DNA of 56,675 nucleotides from Craspedostauros australis (Eukaryota), in contig JALAGF010006401.1 of the NCBI GenBank assembly GCA_030167865.1, positions 1-56,675 on the forward strand, read 5' to 3'. Position 1 is the stretch's first letter; every line of letters begins with the position of its first letter. A program made the position numbers and the translations under genes. Of the stretch, positions 47,036-56,675 are shown in pieces. Under the pieces are notes generated by a model. That model was not told where the DNA came from. It searched no databases and saw only the letters and a list, made by a program, of their open reading frames with translations.

Positions 47036-49576
47036 ATGTTGGATACTTCCACCCAAGGCATGAGGAAGACGAATGGAAGCAGCACCAAGAGATGCAACGC
47101 TTCCCCACCTCCGTCCTCGGCTCCGTCCTTACCTTCGTCTCGCCCACCTGCACGCATCCAGAACCATGCGGACAAGCGCAAGAGCAACTCTCCATGTTCG
47201 AGTGCATGTGAAGGTACATTCGGCTCCAAATGCCTGGCTGGCCTCATGCTGGTCATCTGCATTGCTTGCTCCTACCTTCAGGCAGCCAGCTTCATGTCAC
47301 TCTCGACCTTCTGGGAACCCTCCATCGCGGAGGAGGAGAGCTACATACCAGCGTACATGGACGGGTGCCGGTTTAATCCTACGTACCTCACCGGCGACAT
47401 TGGTCAGATCAGCTCTATCAACAGCGAAAGAGTACTCAACAGGTACGATTACTACAAAGACAACGAGGTTTACGTTGTCAATGAGTCATGCTACAAACCG
47501 CAACAGCTTACCCGCTCGCAGCTGGCCACGCTTGCCGTCATCCATCGTCAGGCAATCTACGAGCGCAACAACGCGCAACAGACCTTCCTCCTGCGCGGTA
47601 TCGGCCATCTCTACATCGAGCGGAAGATTGTCCTCATGGCCGAGTCAGAGAAACCTCACGAGGATCCAGGTTTCCATTCCATCAAGGTGTACAACGTCTA
47701 CGATCCGCGTGACGAGCAGGAGGATAGCCCCGTGTGGAGAGCGTTCGATCAGATGAGGTTGCGGAGGCCCAGCCTCAAACCATCGATGATGGCATCCGGA
47801 TCATCAGCAACAACGTCCCAGGATTCGGCGTTGCGCAACGATTGTCACAGACTCACGATCTGGATGCGTGTCATGGGTAAGGAGATCTTCGCGGGCAATG
47901 CCATCGCCGTCAACGCGACGGATACAGAGGCCTGCCACTGGGAATTCCCAGTCCACCTCCAACTCGAAAGCAGGTACGAGATCGATGCCAAGGTCATCAT
48001 GTGGGACCGGCATCACTCCGAATCCTCCATCCAAGCCAACGCCAAATGCAACACCGAGACGGTCCTTGTGGGAGACCAGTTCCGCCTTGCCAAGGGTGAC
48101 TGGCGCGTGCTTGGTCCGACATTCAAAAAGGTCATGGCCCGCAACAACAACGCCATTCTCCATCAAGGCTTCAAGGGTTTCAAGCTCTACCATCCCGACC
48201 GCAGCTGCTGCCAGATCTGCGCGCGCATGAAACCCTACTGCATCTACTTCCTCACGCCTCCGCTTCACATGAACGACACCAACCGTCTCAACAACGGCTG
48301 CGAGCTCTTTTACAGACATGACACGCCCGATCATTACATCCTCAAATCCCGCTTTGTCCATCAGCCTCGTGCGACTAACATGACGCAACGACCAAAGCGT
48401 GGCACCAATATCTTCCCCGCCTTGCCCTTGAAGGGTGGCGTTGCGCTATCACACGGCACACCGTACCCAGACGACCGCCCTCTCTTCTTGGGATGCGGGT
48501 GGAGCAACTGGCATTCCCTGGATTTCCCGTGCCTGTCCGGTGCGCTCGACGACCGAGTCTTCATTCCCTACCGGTACTTCGGTGTGGCATTTGAACAAGA
48601 TTGTGGTGGCACTGCTTGCGGCGGCCACGACACGGCTTTGATGGACTCTGAAGACTCAACCACAGCAATAGCAAAGCGCCGACAGGACGGACTCCCGCCA
48701 TGCACGTTGGAGCATGAAAAGGTCAGCTTCGACCCGCGCAAACCCAGCGGCAGATGGATGAGGTTCGATTTCAACGATACCCACTTATGTCCGTTCCCCT
48801 TCGATTTCGCAATCCGCAAGTACGAATCCAGACGCATACCCGTCACCAGCGTACAGCCGACGCATCCAAAGTGCTGGCACCGCGGTGATTTTCGAGAGTT
48901 TGGAAACTTTTGTGCGGAGATGAACTGCCAGTTCATTGATGGAGCCAGCCAGTACCGCTCCTCTTTGCACAACGAGTCGGAGTTCATGGGCGTGTACCGC
49001 AACTACGCCTGCAATTACATGGAGTACACCCTCGCGCAACGCCAGGAATGTATCACGAAACGCAAGATCACAGGGATCAGCACGAACGGTCGTTCCATGG
49101 CGGCCTTCTACGCTATCTACCTCAAGTCGATGGTGGAAGGCATCGATTTTTACAAGGACGACTCTGCAGATCAGACGGATGGTCTGCACGTGATCCTCTC
49201 TTCCGCAAGTTACGCCCACCGCATCGTCCTGCCGATGGACGTGGCACGCGAACGGTTCCGCAAACGCTCCGAGCACCCCATGGCGAGCGAACGCGTCGAA
49301 GTGTACTCCACCACCTCCTCCTACCTGTCCAGCGAACGCGACACCAACGCCCACCTCGGCAGCGCGATGCTCCGCGAACGCGCATTTGGGGAGATCCTGG
49401 AGCAGGAACTTGGCCACAAACTTCTGAACTTCATGGAGCCCAGTCAGGCCTTCACGTTCGACACAGCGGCGCAGCATGACGGATTGCACATCGCGGGACC
49501 GCCCATGAAGATGGTGATCACGAAGCTGTTCCATCACATGTGTCATGAGGTCGTGAACGGCGGCGAGCAGCTGTAG
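47036..49576 (+). CDS. Type II membrane, Cys-rich lumenal protein with C-terminal SGNH/PC-esterase-like (NXPE-like) domain
   Basis: 846 aa, single TM (LAGLMLVICIACSYL), many Cys, and C-terminal HDGLH (DxxH) followed by a helix ending in C. GRS sits at the expected GDS position. The family assignment is tentative. Confidence 0.6.
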   Translation: MLDTSTQGMRKTNGSSTKRCNASPPPSSAPSLPSSRPPARIQNHADKRKSNSPCSSACEGTFGSKCLAGLMLVICIACSYLQAASFMSLSTFWEPSIAEEESYIPAYMDGCRFNPTYLTGDIGQISSINSERVLNRYDYYKDNEVYVVNESCYKPQQLTRSQLATLAVIHRQAIYERNNAQQTFLLRGIGHLYIERKIVLMAESEKPHEDPGFHSIKVYNVYDPRDEQEDSPVWRAFDQMRLRRPSLKPSMMASGSSATTSQDSALRNDCHRLTIWMRVMGKEIFAGNAIAVNATDTEACHWEFPVHLQLESRYEIDAKVIMWDRHHSESSIQANAKCNTETVLVGDQFRLAKGDWRVLGPTFKKVMARNNNAILHQGFKGFKLYHPDRSCCQICARMKPYCIYFLTPPLHMNDTNRLNNGCELFYRHDTPDHYILKSRFVHQPRATNMTQRPKRGTNIFPALPLKGGVALSHGTPYPDDRPLFLGCGWSNWHSLDFPCLSGALDDRVFIPYRYFGVAFEQDCGGTACGGHDTALMDSEDSTTAIAKRRQDGLPPCTLEHEKVSFDPRKPSGRWMRFDFNDTHLCPFPFDFAIRKYESRRIPVTSVQPTHPKCWHRGDFREFGNFCAEMNCQFIDGASQYRSSLHNESEFMGVYRNYACNYMEYTLAQRQECITKRKITGISTNGRSMAAFYAIYLKSMVEGIDFYKDDSADQTDGLHVILSSASYAHRIVLPMDVARERFRKRSEHPMASERVEVYSTTSSYLSSERDTNAHLGSAMLRERAFGEILEQELGHKLLNFMEPSQAFTFDTAAQHDGLHIAGPPMKMVITKLFHHMCHEVVNGGEQL

Positions 49577-50196
49577 CGCGCTCGTTGTTGTGCTCGTACT
49601 TGTGTGGTGAAATTGATAGCAGGTACTCTGCTCGAAATGAATAATATAATATAATACAATATAATACACTCTCTACATGATTGTAGAATGTAATGGAATG
49701 TAATTGAGGCGGATGGAGCGTGCGAGGTATTGTACATGATGAGTATGGACTACTCGCATGCCACAATCTGCTCTGTTCCGTTGATGAGAATGGAGCGAAG
49801 TCCACAAGAAAAGAAAAATGAGGAAATGAAAGTCCCAGCTGCAATCACGAGTTCATTCGCGTGTCAAACGAATCCTGCGTAATGATGAATCACGAGAAAG
49901 AAAACGACTGCGTGCGAACAGACGGACAGACGATGCGAAAGAACCCGATGGAAAATGTCGTGACGCGGGATGGTCATAAATTGCCCACCGCCAAAACGAC
50001 ACAACTTCGCGTGTCCGTCTTTGCACAGACAGGGCAATTTTTGAGCTTGTTCATTTGTTCGTCTTTGGTCTTTGGGCATCACATCAACGCACCATACAAA
50101 CATACCAGCAGTCGTATCACATCATCGCACATCGCACCCTACCATCATCGCATAGTGCATACGAGGCGTCGGAAAGCGGGAGGCTGAGCCCGGAGA

Positions 50197-53100
50197 ATGG
50201 ATGCGAAAGAGGAGGGGCACAGGCATCAGCAAAAGGTGAATAGTCGTTCGGATAAGAGGAGACGTACGATTGAAGAGAGAAGCAGTGCGATCATGACGAG
50301 CAATGATCATGAGGAGAAAGCCGCCGACGGCAGCTGTTCGCAGGGCGCCAAGTGCGAGGAACAGATCATCAGGGCATCCAAGGCCACCGCCGATGCTTGC
50401 GTTGAAGGAGCAATAGACGCAATTGGAACGGGAAGCCCAATGACGGCATCGGAAGAACAAACGGAAGCTGCGAAGGTGAACGAGAATGGGATGGTCCCAT
50501 CAGACGCCAACGCAAGCAATAGCAGCAATGGTGGTGGCAGCAGCAAGAGGCAGGATGACGAGATGAAGCAGGTGAAAGCATCGCAGCAAGCAGGTGAGAT
50601 GAAGGACAAAACTGTGATTGGCGACGACGACAAGAGCAGAAAGCCACTAAAGCCAACATTGGCAGCTGACGTTGGCAATGCTGCTTCGGTCACTGTTGTT
50701 GTTGTTGCTGCTGTTGCCAACAAGGATGCTGCGAAGGATGTTAAGAGCAGCAGTAAGGAGGTTGATGACAACAAACAACCCACTGATGATGATGAGGACG
50801 AGGACGGAGCGTGCTGCATGTGTCACTGTGCGATGGACTGCGCCGATCGCTCTCTCTTCTTTGAGAAGGATCGCGAGAAGGAGATCCAGGACGATGAGGA
50901 CTACTACCTCACAAAGGAAGACCCTTACGTGCCCGAGATGTTCTACGACCGCTTCAACACCCTCGTCTACTGCGATGGCTGCGATCGGCTCTACCATCAG
51001 AAGTGCCACTTCGTGCCCATCCTTGCCGTGCCGCGTGGAAAATGGTTTTGCCTTCTGTGCTCTGCCAATGGCCAGAAAGGCAAGAAGGGCAAGAAGACCT
51101 CGGCCAAGCGCAAGAGGCCACCCAAGTTCCCCATTAAGGATGATGTTGCTGGCAGCACCACACAGATGCAGATGCAGAACCAGACGCAGAAGCAAAAACA
51201 AAAGAAGAACCGCAAGCAAGGCAAGGACCTCCTGCCTCATTCGGTCAAGTTTGACGCGAGAGAATGGGATCCGACCGTGCTGGAACACGTCTTCCAGTCA
51301 CCTCCATCCTTCGCTATCGCACCTGAACAGACGACGCAGAAACAGCAAAGCGTCAAGCAGAATGGGATCGTTGCAACAAAGCCAAAATTCACGCAAGCGC
51401 AAATCGAGTCCTACGAGCGGCAGATTGAGCTGCAGCTTTACGATGCCAAGGCTGCTGAATGGAATCACCAATGGAAGCGACTAAGGCAGGTCATGGACTC
51501 TCAACTATCCACGCTTCGGCAATGCCAGGCCAACCTTGATGCCTTTTCTTCCAGCCGCAAGAACCGACAATTCTTTCTCCAGCCGGCGACCACCACCACC
51601 ACAATAACAACAACAACGGACAGCAAGGGCAACAGCCAAAGCAATAAGCAAAGCAACACCGCCAAAGACAAAACAAATTCCAAGCGATGGCACAAGCGCC
51701 ATTCGCAGGAACTGGCGCAGACTATCGTTCGCTACACCACGTCGCAGCTCAAGTTGCGAGAGATCCTTCACAACGTTGAGCAGCTGCGCACCGACGCGGG
51801 AAGTATCCGCCACGAGGGAGAATTCATCCGATGGTGCCAGCAGCAACTCCATTTGCCCGACTTCTGCCGCCATTTCTTCCCCGGTGGCGCCATGGAATTG
51901 TACATGCACCACCGACGCATCGTCCCCAGAACGCAGGAATTCCAAGAGCGCGTGGATGAGATGGCCGCTATGGCCCAAACCACCGGCGTGCCCGCGACCA
52001 TCACGATCACGGACAACGAGGAGTCCACGAAAGCGGTCGTCGACAGTCCCGCCAAGCTCAAGAAGAAAAAGTGCAACAGCAGCTGCGGCAACAGCTGCAA
52101 CAGCAATAAAGGCAAAGGCAAAACCAAAGGAAAGACTGGCAGCAAGGAAGCGAATGAGAACCATAATGGCAATGATGACGACTCGGGCATTTCGCTGGAC
52201 GACCTGCGATGCTGCGTTTGCTTCATCGGTGACTCCACCGACGAAAATGACGTCCTCCTCTGCGACTGCCAAGGCTGTTACCGTGCCTACCACATGAAAT
52301 GCGTCCGCCCGCACATCACGCAATCCGATCTCGAGCAGGATCACTGGTTCTGCCCGCTCTGCACTCACGTCTCCCAATCCGTGCGCCACGTCGATGTCAC
52401 CTTCCGTGATATGAAGGGCATCGAGAACAACCCTGACGATGACAACCGCTCCACGGACTCTGGATGGAGCCAGGTCCATCAGGTCTTTCCCGAATCGCAA
52501 AACGATCAGGTCCTCGCGAATCAATTTCTGCGACAGCAACAGCGCACGGAAGATGTTCAGATCATGCTGCATCGGTTGCTCGACATTGAGTACGTCGCGC
52601 CAACGGCCCATGGTGACGGGAAGACCAACAAATTCGGACATCCGATTGGATCGGATTCGGAAGATGAGGAGGATTATAGTCTCTTTGATGAGCAATCCTT
52701 TGAGGAGCGGAAACGCAACGCGAACGGCACCGTGAATGAGCGTGGCCATGGCAAAAACTACCAAAACCATGAGAAGGATAACGATGAGGACAACAACGAC
52801 GACGACGATGATGACGACGATGACGACGACGAGGAGGATGACGACGATGCTTCGGAGAATGGCGATGGCAGCGTCTCCACGCGATCTAGCCAAGCGACTT
52901 TGGTGGACATGTCGAGCGTGGAGTATGACATCAGCAAGGACGAGCTGGATGCGCTGTCGTTGGGGAGCAACGAAGACGACGATGTCACTGAGCGTGGTGA
53001 AAATGAGAAAATGGGAGGGGAGAATGACGCAGCTAATATTAATGCTGATGCTGATATGAACGCTGGTGCCGACGCCGGCAGCGGAGATGATAACAGCAGT

Positions 53101-53502
53101 GCGAAGACTTCTGACAACGAGAATGGCGCCAAACAGAATAACAAAAGAATCCGACGAAGTCGACGGTTGAAGGCGATCGTTGGCGACGCCGCTGACGACG
53201 GCAACAACAACCAAGATAACGACGAAAATGCCAGCTCGGCTTCTTCTCTGGGCGCCGACTTTGATGAACGCAACATCATCCATGGCAAACGCCGCCGCAC
53301 GCGCGTGGATTATCGCAAGCTCAATGATGCCTTGTTCGGTGATATCACCGAGTCCGAGAAAAAGAAGCTGGATGGTGGTGCGGACTACAAATCAACCGCG
53401 GGAGCGAAACGAAAACGTGCGCCCGCGAAGAAGAAGAAGCAGGCGGCAGGCGCAAGCAAGCAACAGACATCATCGAAACGGAAGAAGGCGACTGCTGCGT
53501 AA
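50197..53502 (+). CDS. Double PHD-finger nuclear protein (plant PRH/HAT3.1-like PHD region)
   Basis: PHD1 CCMC...CDGCDRLYHQKC...WFCLLC; PHD2 CCVC...NDVLLCDCQGCYRAYHMKC...WFCPLC; acidic tracts, KRRRTRVDYRKLNDALFG, and a basic NLS-like tail. Confidence 0.88.
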   Translation: MDAKEEGHRHQQKVNSRSDKRRRTIEERSSAIMTSNDHEEKAADGSCSQGAKCEEQIIRASKATADACVEGAIDAIGTGSPMTASEEQTEAAKVNENGMVPSDANASNSSNGGGSSKRQDDEMKQVKASQQAGEMKDKTVIGDDDKSRKPLKPTLAADVGNAASVTVVVVAAVANKDAAKDVKSSSKEVDDNKQPTDDDEDEDGACCMCHCAMDCADRSLFFEKDREKEIQDDEDYYLTKEDPYVPEMFYDRFNTLVYCDGCDRLYHQKCHFVPILAVPRGKWFCLLCSANGQKGKKGKKTSAKRKRPPKFPIKDDVAGSTTQMQMQNQTQKQKQKKNRKQGKDLLPHSVKFDAREWDPTVLEHVFQSPPSFAIAPEQTTQKQQSVKQNGIVATKPKFTQAQIESYERQIELQLYDAKAAEWNHQWKRLRQVMDSQLSTLRQCQANLDAFSSSRKNRQFFLQPATTTTTITTTTDSKGNSQSNKQSNTAKDKTNSKRWHKRHSQELAQTIVRYTTSQLKLREILHNVEQLRTDAGSIRHEGEFIRWCQQQLHLPDFCRHFFPGGAMELYMHHRRIVPRTQEFQERVDEMAAMAQTTGVPATITITDNEESTKAVVDSPAKLKKKKCNSSCGNSCNSNKGKGKTKGKTGSKEANENHNGNDDDSGISLDDLRCCVCFIGDSTDENDVLLCDCQGCYRAYHMKCVRPHITQSDLEQDHWFCPLCTHVSQSVRHVDVTFRDMKGIENNPDDDNRSTDSGWSQVHQVFPESQNDQVLANQFLRQQQRTEDVQIMLHRLLDIEYVAPTAHGDGKTNKFGHPIGSDSEDEEDYSLFDEQSFEERKRNANGTVNERGHGKNYQNHEKDNDEDNNDDDDDDDDDDDEEDDDDASENGDGSVSTRSSQATLVDMSSVEYDISKDELDALSLGSNEDDDVTERGENEKMGGENDAANINADADMNAGADAGSGDDNSSAKTSDNENGAKQNNKRIRRSRRLKAIVGDAADDGNNNQDNDENASSASSLGADFDERNIIHGKRRRTRVDYRKLNDALFGDITESEKKKLDGGADYKSTAGAKRKRAPAKKKKQAAGASKQQTSSKRKKATAA

Positions 53503-54101
53503 TCGGAAGGTAGATCGGACATTGGGTCAAGGGAAGGACGATGATCAAGTGTTGGTGGAGAGCGGCATACTTGCGCGTACCAACATGCCCATCGCGTAGA
53601 TGGAGTAATTGACTTCCTTGGGGAAAGCTGCGCATGTGCTGCACAAAGGGCAAGTGCTATGCCGTAACACTCATGCGTGGCTCAGCGACCTACCGTACAT
53701 GCGTGGTCAAATAAATCAACCAATGGAAGTCTTGCGATTTCAAACATGGTTCGAGTAAGGTAGAAGATCAATGCTACTGTTGCTCTAATGTAACTGTGCA
53801 TCGTCCATGTTACCTACAGAGAAGACTCGCGTAGACAGAATGCGTAATTTACCGATGCAAAGGTTGCATCAGGAAACCGCCGACCTGCCCACCAGTCTAT
53901 CCATCTGCCCACGCGTACTTGTAGGTGTATTCAGTCGATCGCTGCGTTCCATACTCTGCGACCGCTTCAAGGTCTTGTCTTTCAGTTCCAGAGCAGCGCT
54001 GTGCATCTGCCATCTCGAAACCGTTTGATGTGTTCTGGACTGTTCTTGAGTGTTGGTCTGGAGGAAAGAAGGCGACCGGAACCGCAATCAGCCAATCCGC
54101 T

Positions 54102-55316
54102 TCATGCAACGAATCGGTTGTTCTTGAACTTGCCCTTGATCAGGGTCTTGTCGTCGAACACTAACGTCCCCTTACCTTCCAGCTTGCCGCGTCGAAACTC
54201 TCCGATGTAGTAGTCGCCGTTGTTAAATCGCATGACACCGACACCATGCGGCAACGGAGTGCACGTGAATTGGGACGGCTCCGATTCCTCATCATCTGGT
54301 GTGAAGGCCTTGGTGGACTTGTACCGCGCTTCGCCGGAGTACCGCGCGTTCTCCGGATACTTTCCAATGGCCATGGTGACGACACAATCTGTCACGCGCC
54401 CAGCCTTGGCATGTCTGTTGTTGACGCTGTCGTCGTCGCTGTTGCTGCTGGTACCGCTGGCGTCATCCGCCTTATTGCGGTCGGAGTTGGCGACCAACCG
54501 GAGTCGCTTTCCGGAGTGCTTGATCTTGAGCTTTGTTTGCGGGTCCAGGGTCGACAGCTGACACAGGTCCAGGGCCAAGGACTTGGAAGATTGCCGGCTC
54601 AGATTAGCGAAAGAGTGCTTTCCGACGCTGCCACTGCTGTTGCCGCTCTGGATACTTTCGCCATGCATGCTGCTTCCAACCGAAAACCGGTTTCGGCGCA
54701 CGGCATCCGCAATGATGTTGTAGATATCCATCGACGACGGGCGTTTCTGCTGCTGTTGCTGCGGCGGTGGCTGCATATCAATTTGCGGCACTGGCAGCTT
54801 GGACCTTCGGCGTGCCGCGTGACCATGGTGACGTTGCTGATCGTGACGACCGACGTGGTCGGATGTGCGACGGTGCCCCAAGGATGAATCCGTCAGACTG
54901 GAAATGTCCCGCTGGATGGTGATCGTCTCAGGGATCTTGTCTTGATCACGCGCAGACCGTGGCTGAACCTGCTGCTCGACGATCGTCTCCACCGGCTGAC
55001 GTTGTCGTACGTCTCTTTGCCGCATCGGCGAGCCCCGCTTGAAGTGGGGGTCCCTCATATTTCGATCGCCAACGTCCGTGGTCGACGACTCCTGCGAGGA
55101 CATGCGTGTGGTGGATCCTGTGGTCATGCTGTGCCCACTGCCGCAGGCGTAAGATCTACTGGCAGACTTTCGGAGGCTGCAGCAATGGATTGGCTTGCTG
55201 GCAGTGTTGCACAGCGGGTTCTTCTCGCAACCTGTATCCGCGACGTTGCAGACAGCATCGAACACGACATCCGTCTCATCGAACAGCAGGTCAGTGAGGA
55301 TCGTGGTAGCGTTCAT
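54102..55316 (-). CDS. Protein with C-terminal MORN repeats
   Basis: YSGE...PHGVGVMRFNNGDYYIGEFRRGKLEGKGTLVFDDKTLIKGKFKNN. Confidence 0.8.
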   Translation of the reverse strand: MNATTILTDLLFDETDVVFDAVCNVADTGCEKNPLCNTASKPIHCCSLRKSASRSYACGSGHSMTTGSTTRMSSQESSTTDVGDRNMRDPHFKRGSPMRQRDVRQRQPVETIVEQQVQPRSARDQDKIPETITIQRDISSLTDSSLGHRRTSDHVGRHDQQRHHGHAARRRSKLPVPQIDMQPPPQQQQQKRPSSMDIYNIIADAVRRNRFSVGSSMHGESIQSGNSSGSVGKHSFANLSRQSSKSLALDLCQLSTLDPQTKLKIKHSGKRLRLVANSDRNKADDASGTSSNSDDDSVNNRHAKAGRVTDCVVTMAIGKYPENARYSGEARYKSTKAFTPDDEESEPSQFTCTPLPHGVGVMRFNNGDYYIGEFRRGKLEGKGTLVFDDKTLIKGKFKNNRFVA

Positions 55317-56502
55317 CTCGTTCTGTCGTTGCTGCTGGTGGAGGGATGAACTTAGTCCGACTGCGAGTATACGTACTGTAGGAGACTGTTCACTCTGTGC
55401 GTACGACTACTGTGTCGAGTGAAATGTCCTCTACTCCTATCCTACTATTGTATGTATAGATGCAAACGTCCTTGTAACACGTCCAAGAGTCTTCGTATGA
55501 TAACGTCGACCGTGAGTTGGCTCGAGTTGAGTGGTGTTGAGTGGTGATAGCTTGAGCGACGTTGGGTGGAGGAGCAGTGTTCAAAGGTTGTGAGCAGAGC
55601 CTGTACTCGAAGCAAAGCACCGAAGCATCCAAGATGGGTACCGCAAACCACCATGTCTTCTTCCAGGGGAGCCACATCGGTTTCAAAATTTGTCCGTCTC
55701 TCGCGACGCAAAGCCTGCCTCGCACTGCACTGTCTTCCCTTGCCCCATTTAGACACCTTTGCACGACAAGATGACCAACAACAGGAGGAATGGATGCCGA
55801 TCGGCGTTATTATCCACCTCGTGGGCCTCCGTTCCTTGACGAAAGTGGCTTTGGTCCTTGAAGACGTCCATGACAAGATGCGTGTTGACTGCAGCTGCGA
55901 GGATTTCAATGACGAAATTTTGGCTTGTTTTGTGAGCAAACGAACAGACACTTTTGTGAGGTCTCGCAAAAATCGTCGAGCACGCCCATGTCTTTCCGGC
56001 GAACATACTTAACGCACGCGTGTCGTACTGAACGTTTGAAAAATCTGTGACGGACTGAGTGCATCGACTCGTTCGAACACAACTTTGCTGCGACCATTAG
56101 ATAGCAAGAGTAACGTCTGGTTGGAGTAAGACACAGAAAGAGGATTACTCATCATGAGTGAAGTCTGACGACTGCATCCGTACGTCACATTTCCGTTGAA
56201 CACCTCGATCCCGATTTGGATGTGGTTCGTTGGTTGGGACTGTTGTTGTGATGACGCAAGCGTGACTTGAATCCTGCATACGTTTTTATCGCCACACTTG
56301 GCGCGAAAACGCACGAATGCTTGTGGAAGAACGCATTACGACCTGCACTCAATGTAAAACGGTGTCGCGATAGCACTAGTTGTGGAGTGTTTTTTGAGTT
56401 TTACTCGTGATGAGTCGTGATAAAGTAGACTAAAATAGAGCACATCCAAAACCATCCAAACAACTGCTTATGATGTTATATCTCAACAACACATCGTTTA
56501 AA

Positions 56503-56587
56503 ATTAAAAATAAACAGTGCATCCGGACGAGTGGCTATCAGTGATTCTGAATATTGAAGTTAAATTTGTATGCACTTTATTTTTAAT
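56503..56587. repeat. Imperfect AT-rich inverted repeat (18/20-bp arms)
   Basis: attaaaaataaacagtgcat (56503-56522) pairs with atgcactttatttttaat (56570-56587) with a 2-nt bulge. Confidence 0.55.
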
Positions 56588-56675
56588 GTCGTTTTGGCTT
56601 GCTGTCTGTCAGGTGGTGGGTGCGAAAAATTCTCGATGGCACCATGCTGCCCTCCCTTCAGCACCCATGATCATC

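Noticed and set aside
51505..53283. 592-aa - strand ORF (and similar long antisense or alternate-frame ORFs at 15398-16303, 23367-24572, 31418-32506, 37573-38514, 43803-45278)
   Set aside because: Shadows of GC3-rich real genes in another frame or strand
55566..56012. CSCEDF resembling a SWIM zinc-finger start
   Set aside because: No downstream CxH and no MULE transposase context

Overview
This is eukaryotic nuclear DNA, most consistent with a diatom or other stramenopile. Evidence: GT-AG introns, a bipartite plastid presequence with an ASAFAP-like 'TSA-FQP' site on shikimate kinase, diatom-style BTB and GPCR proteins, and microsatellite-rich intergenic DNA. One assembly gap lies at 7665-7791. 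The right half (30.8-55.3 kb) holds mostly recognisable genes: a secreted GMC oxidoreductase, a cAMP-receptor/Git3-like GPCR, the DEAD-box helicase DBP3 (1 intron), a small SVIP-like p97 adaptor missing from the ORF track (1 intron), plastid shikimate kinase (1 intron), a class I cyclic-nucleotide phosphodiesterase, an NXPE/SGNH-like membrane protein, a double-PHD protein and a MORN-repeat protein. The left half (1-27 kb) looks like a fast-evolving accessory region. It carries (i) a ~1050-aa P-loop NTPase with a putative PD-(D/E)xK nuclease domain resembling Crinkler/RHS-type effectors, (ii) an ankyrin-BTB gene with twelve near-identical 102-bp repeats that vary mainly at predicted target-contact residues, (iii) four paralogues sharing an RVxF-led, CSRNP-N-like domain, (iv) three GT61 glycosyltransferase copies (one intact, two disabled) and (v) an SRR1-like gene fragment. 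All family assignments come from motif recognition by eye; no database searches were run.
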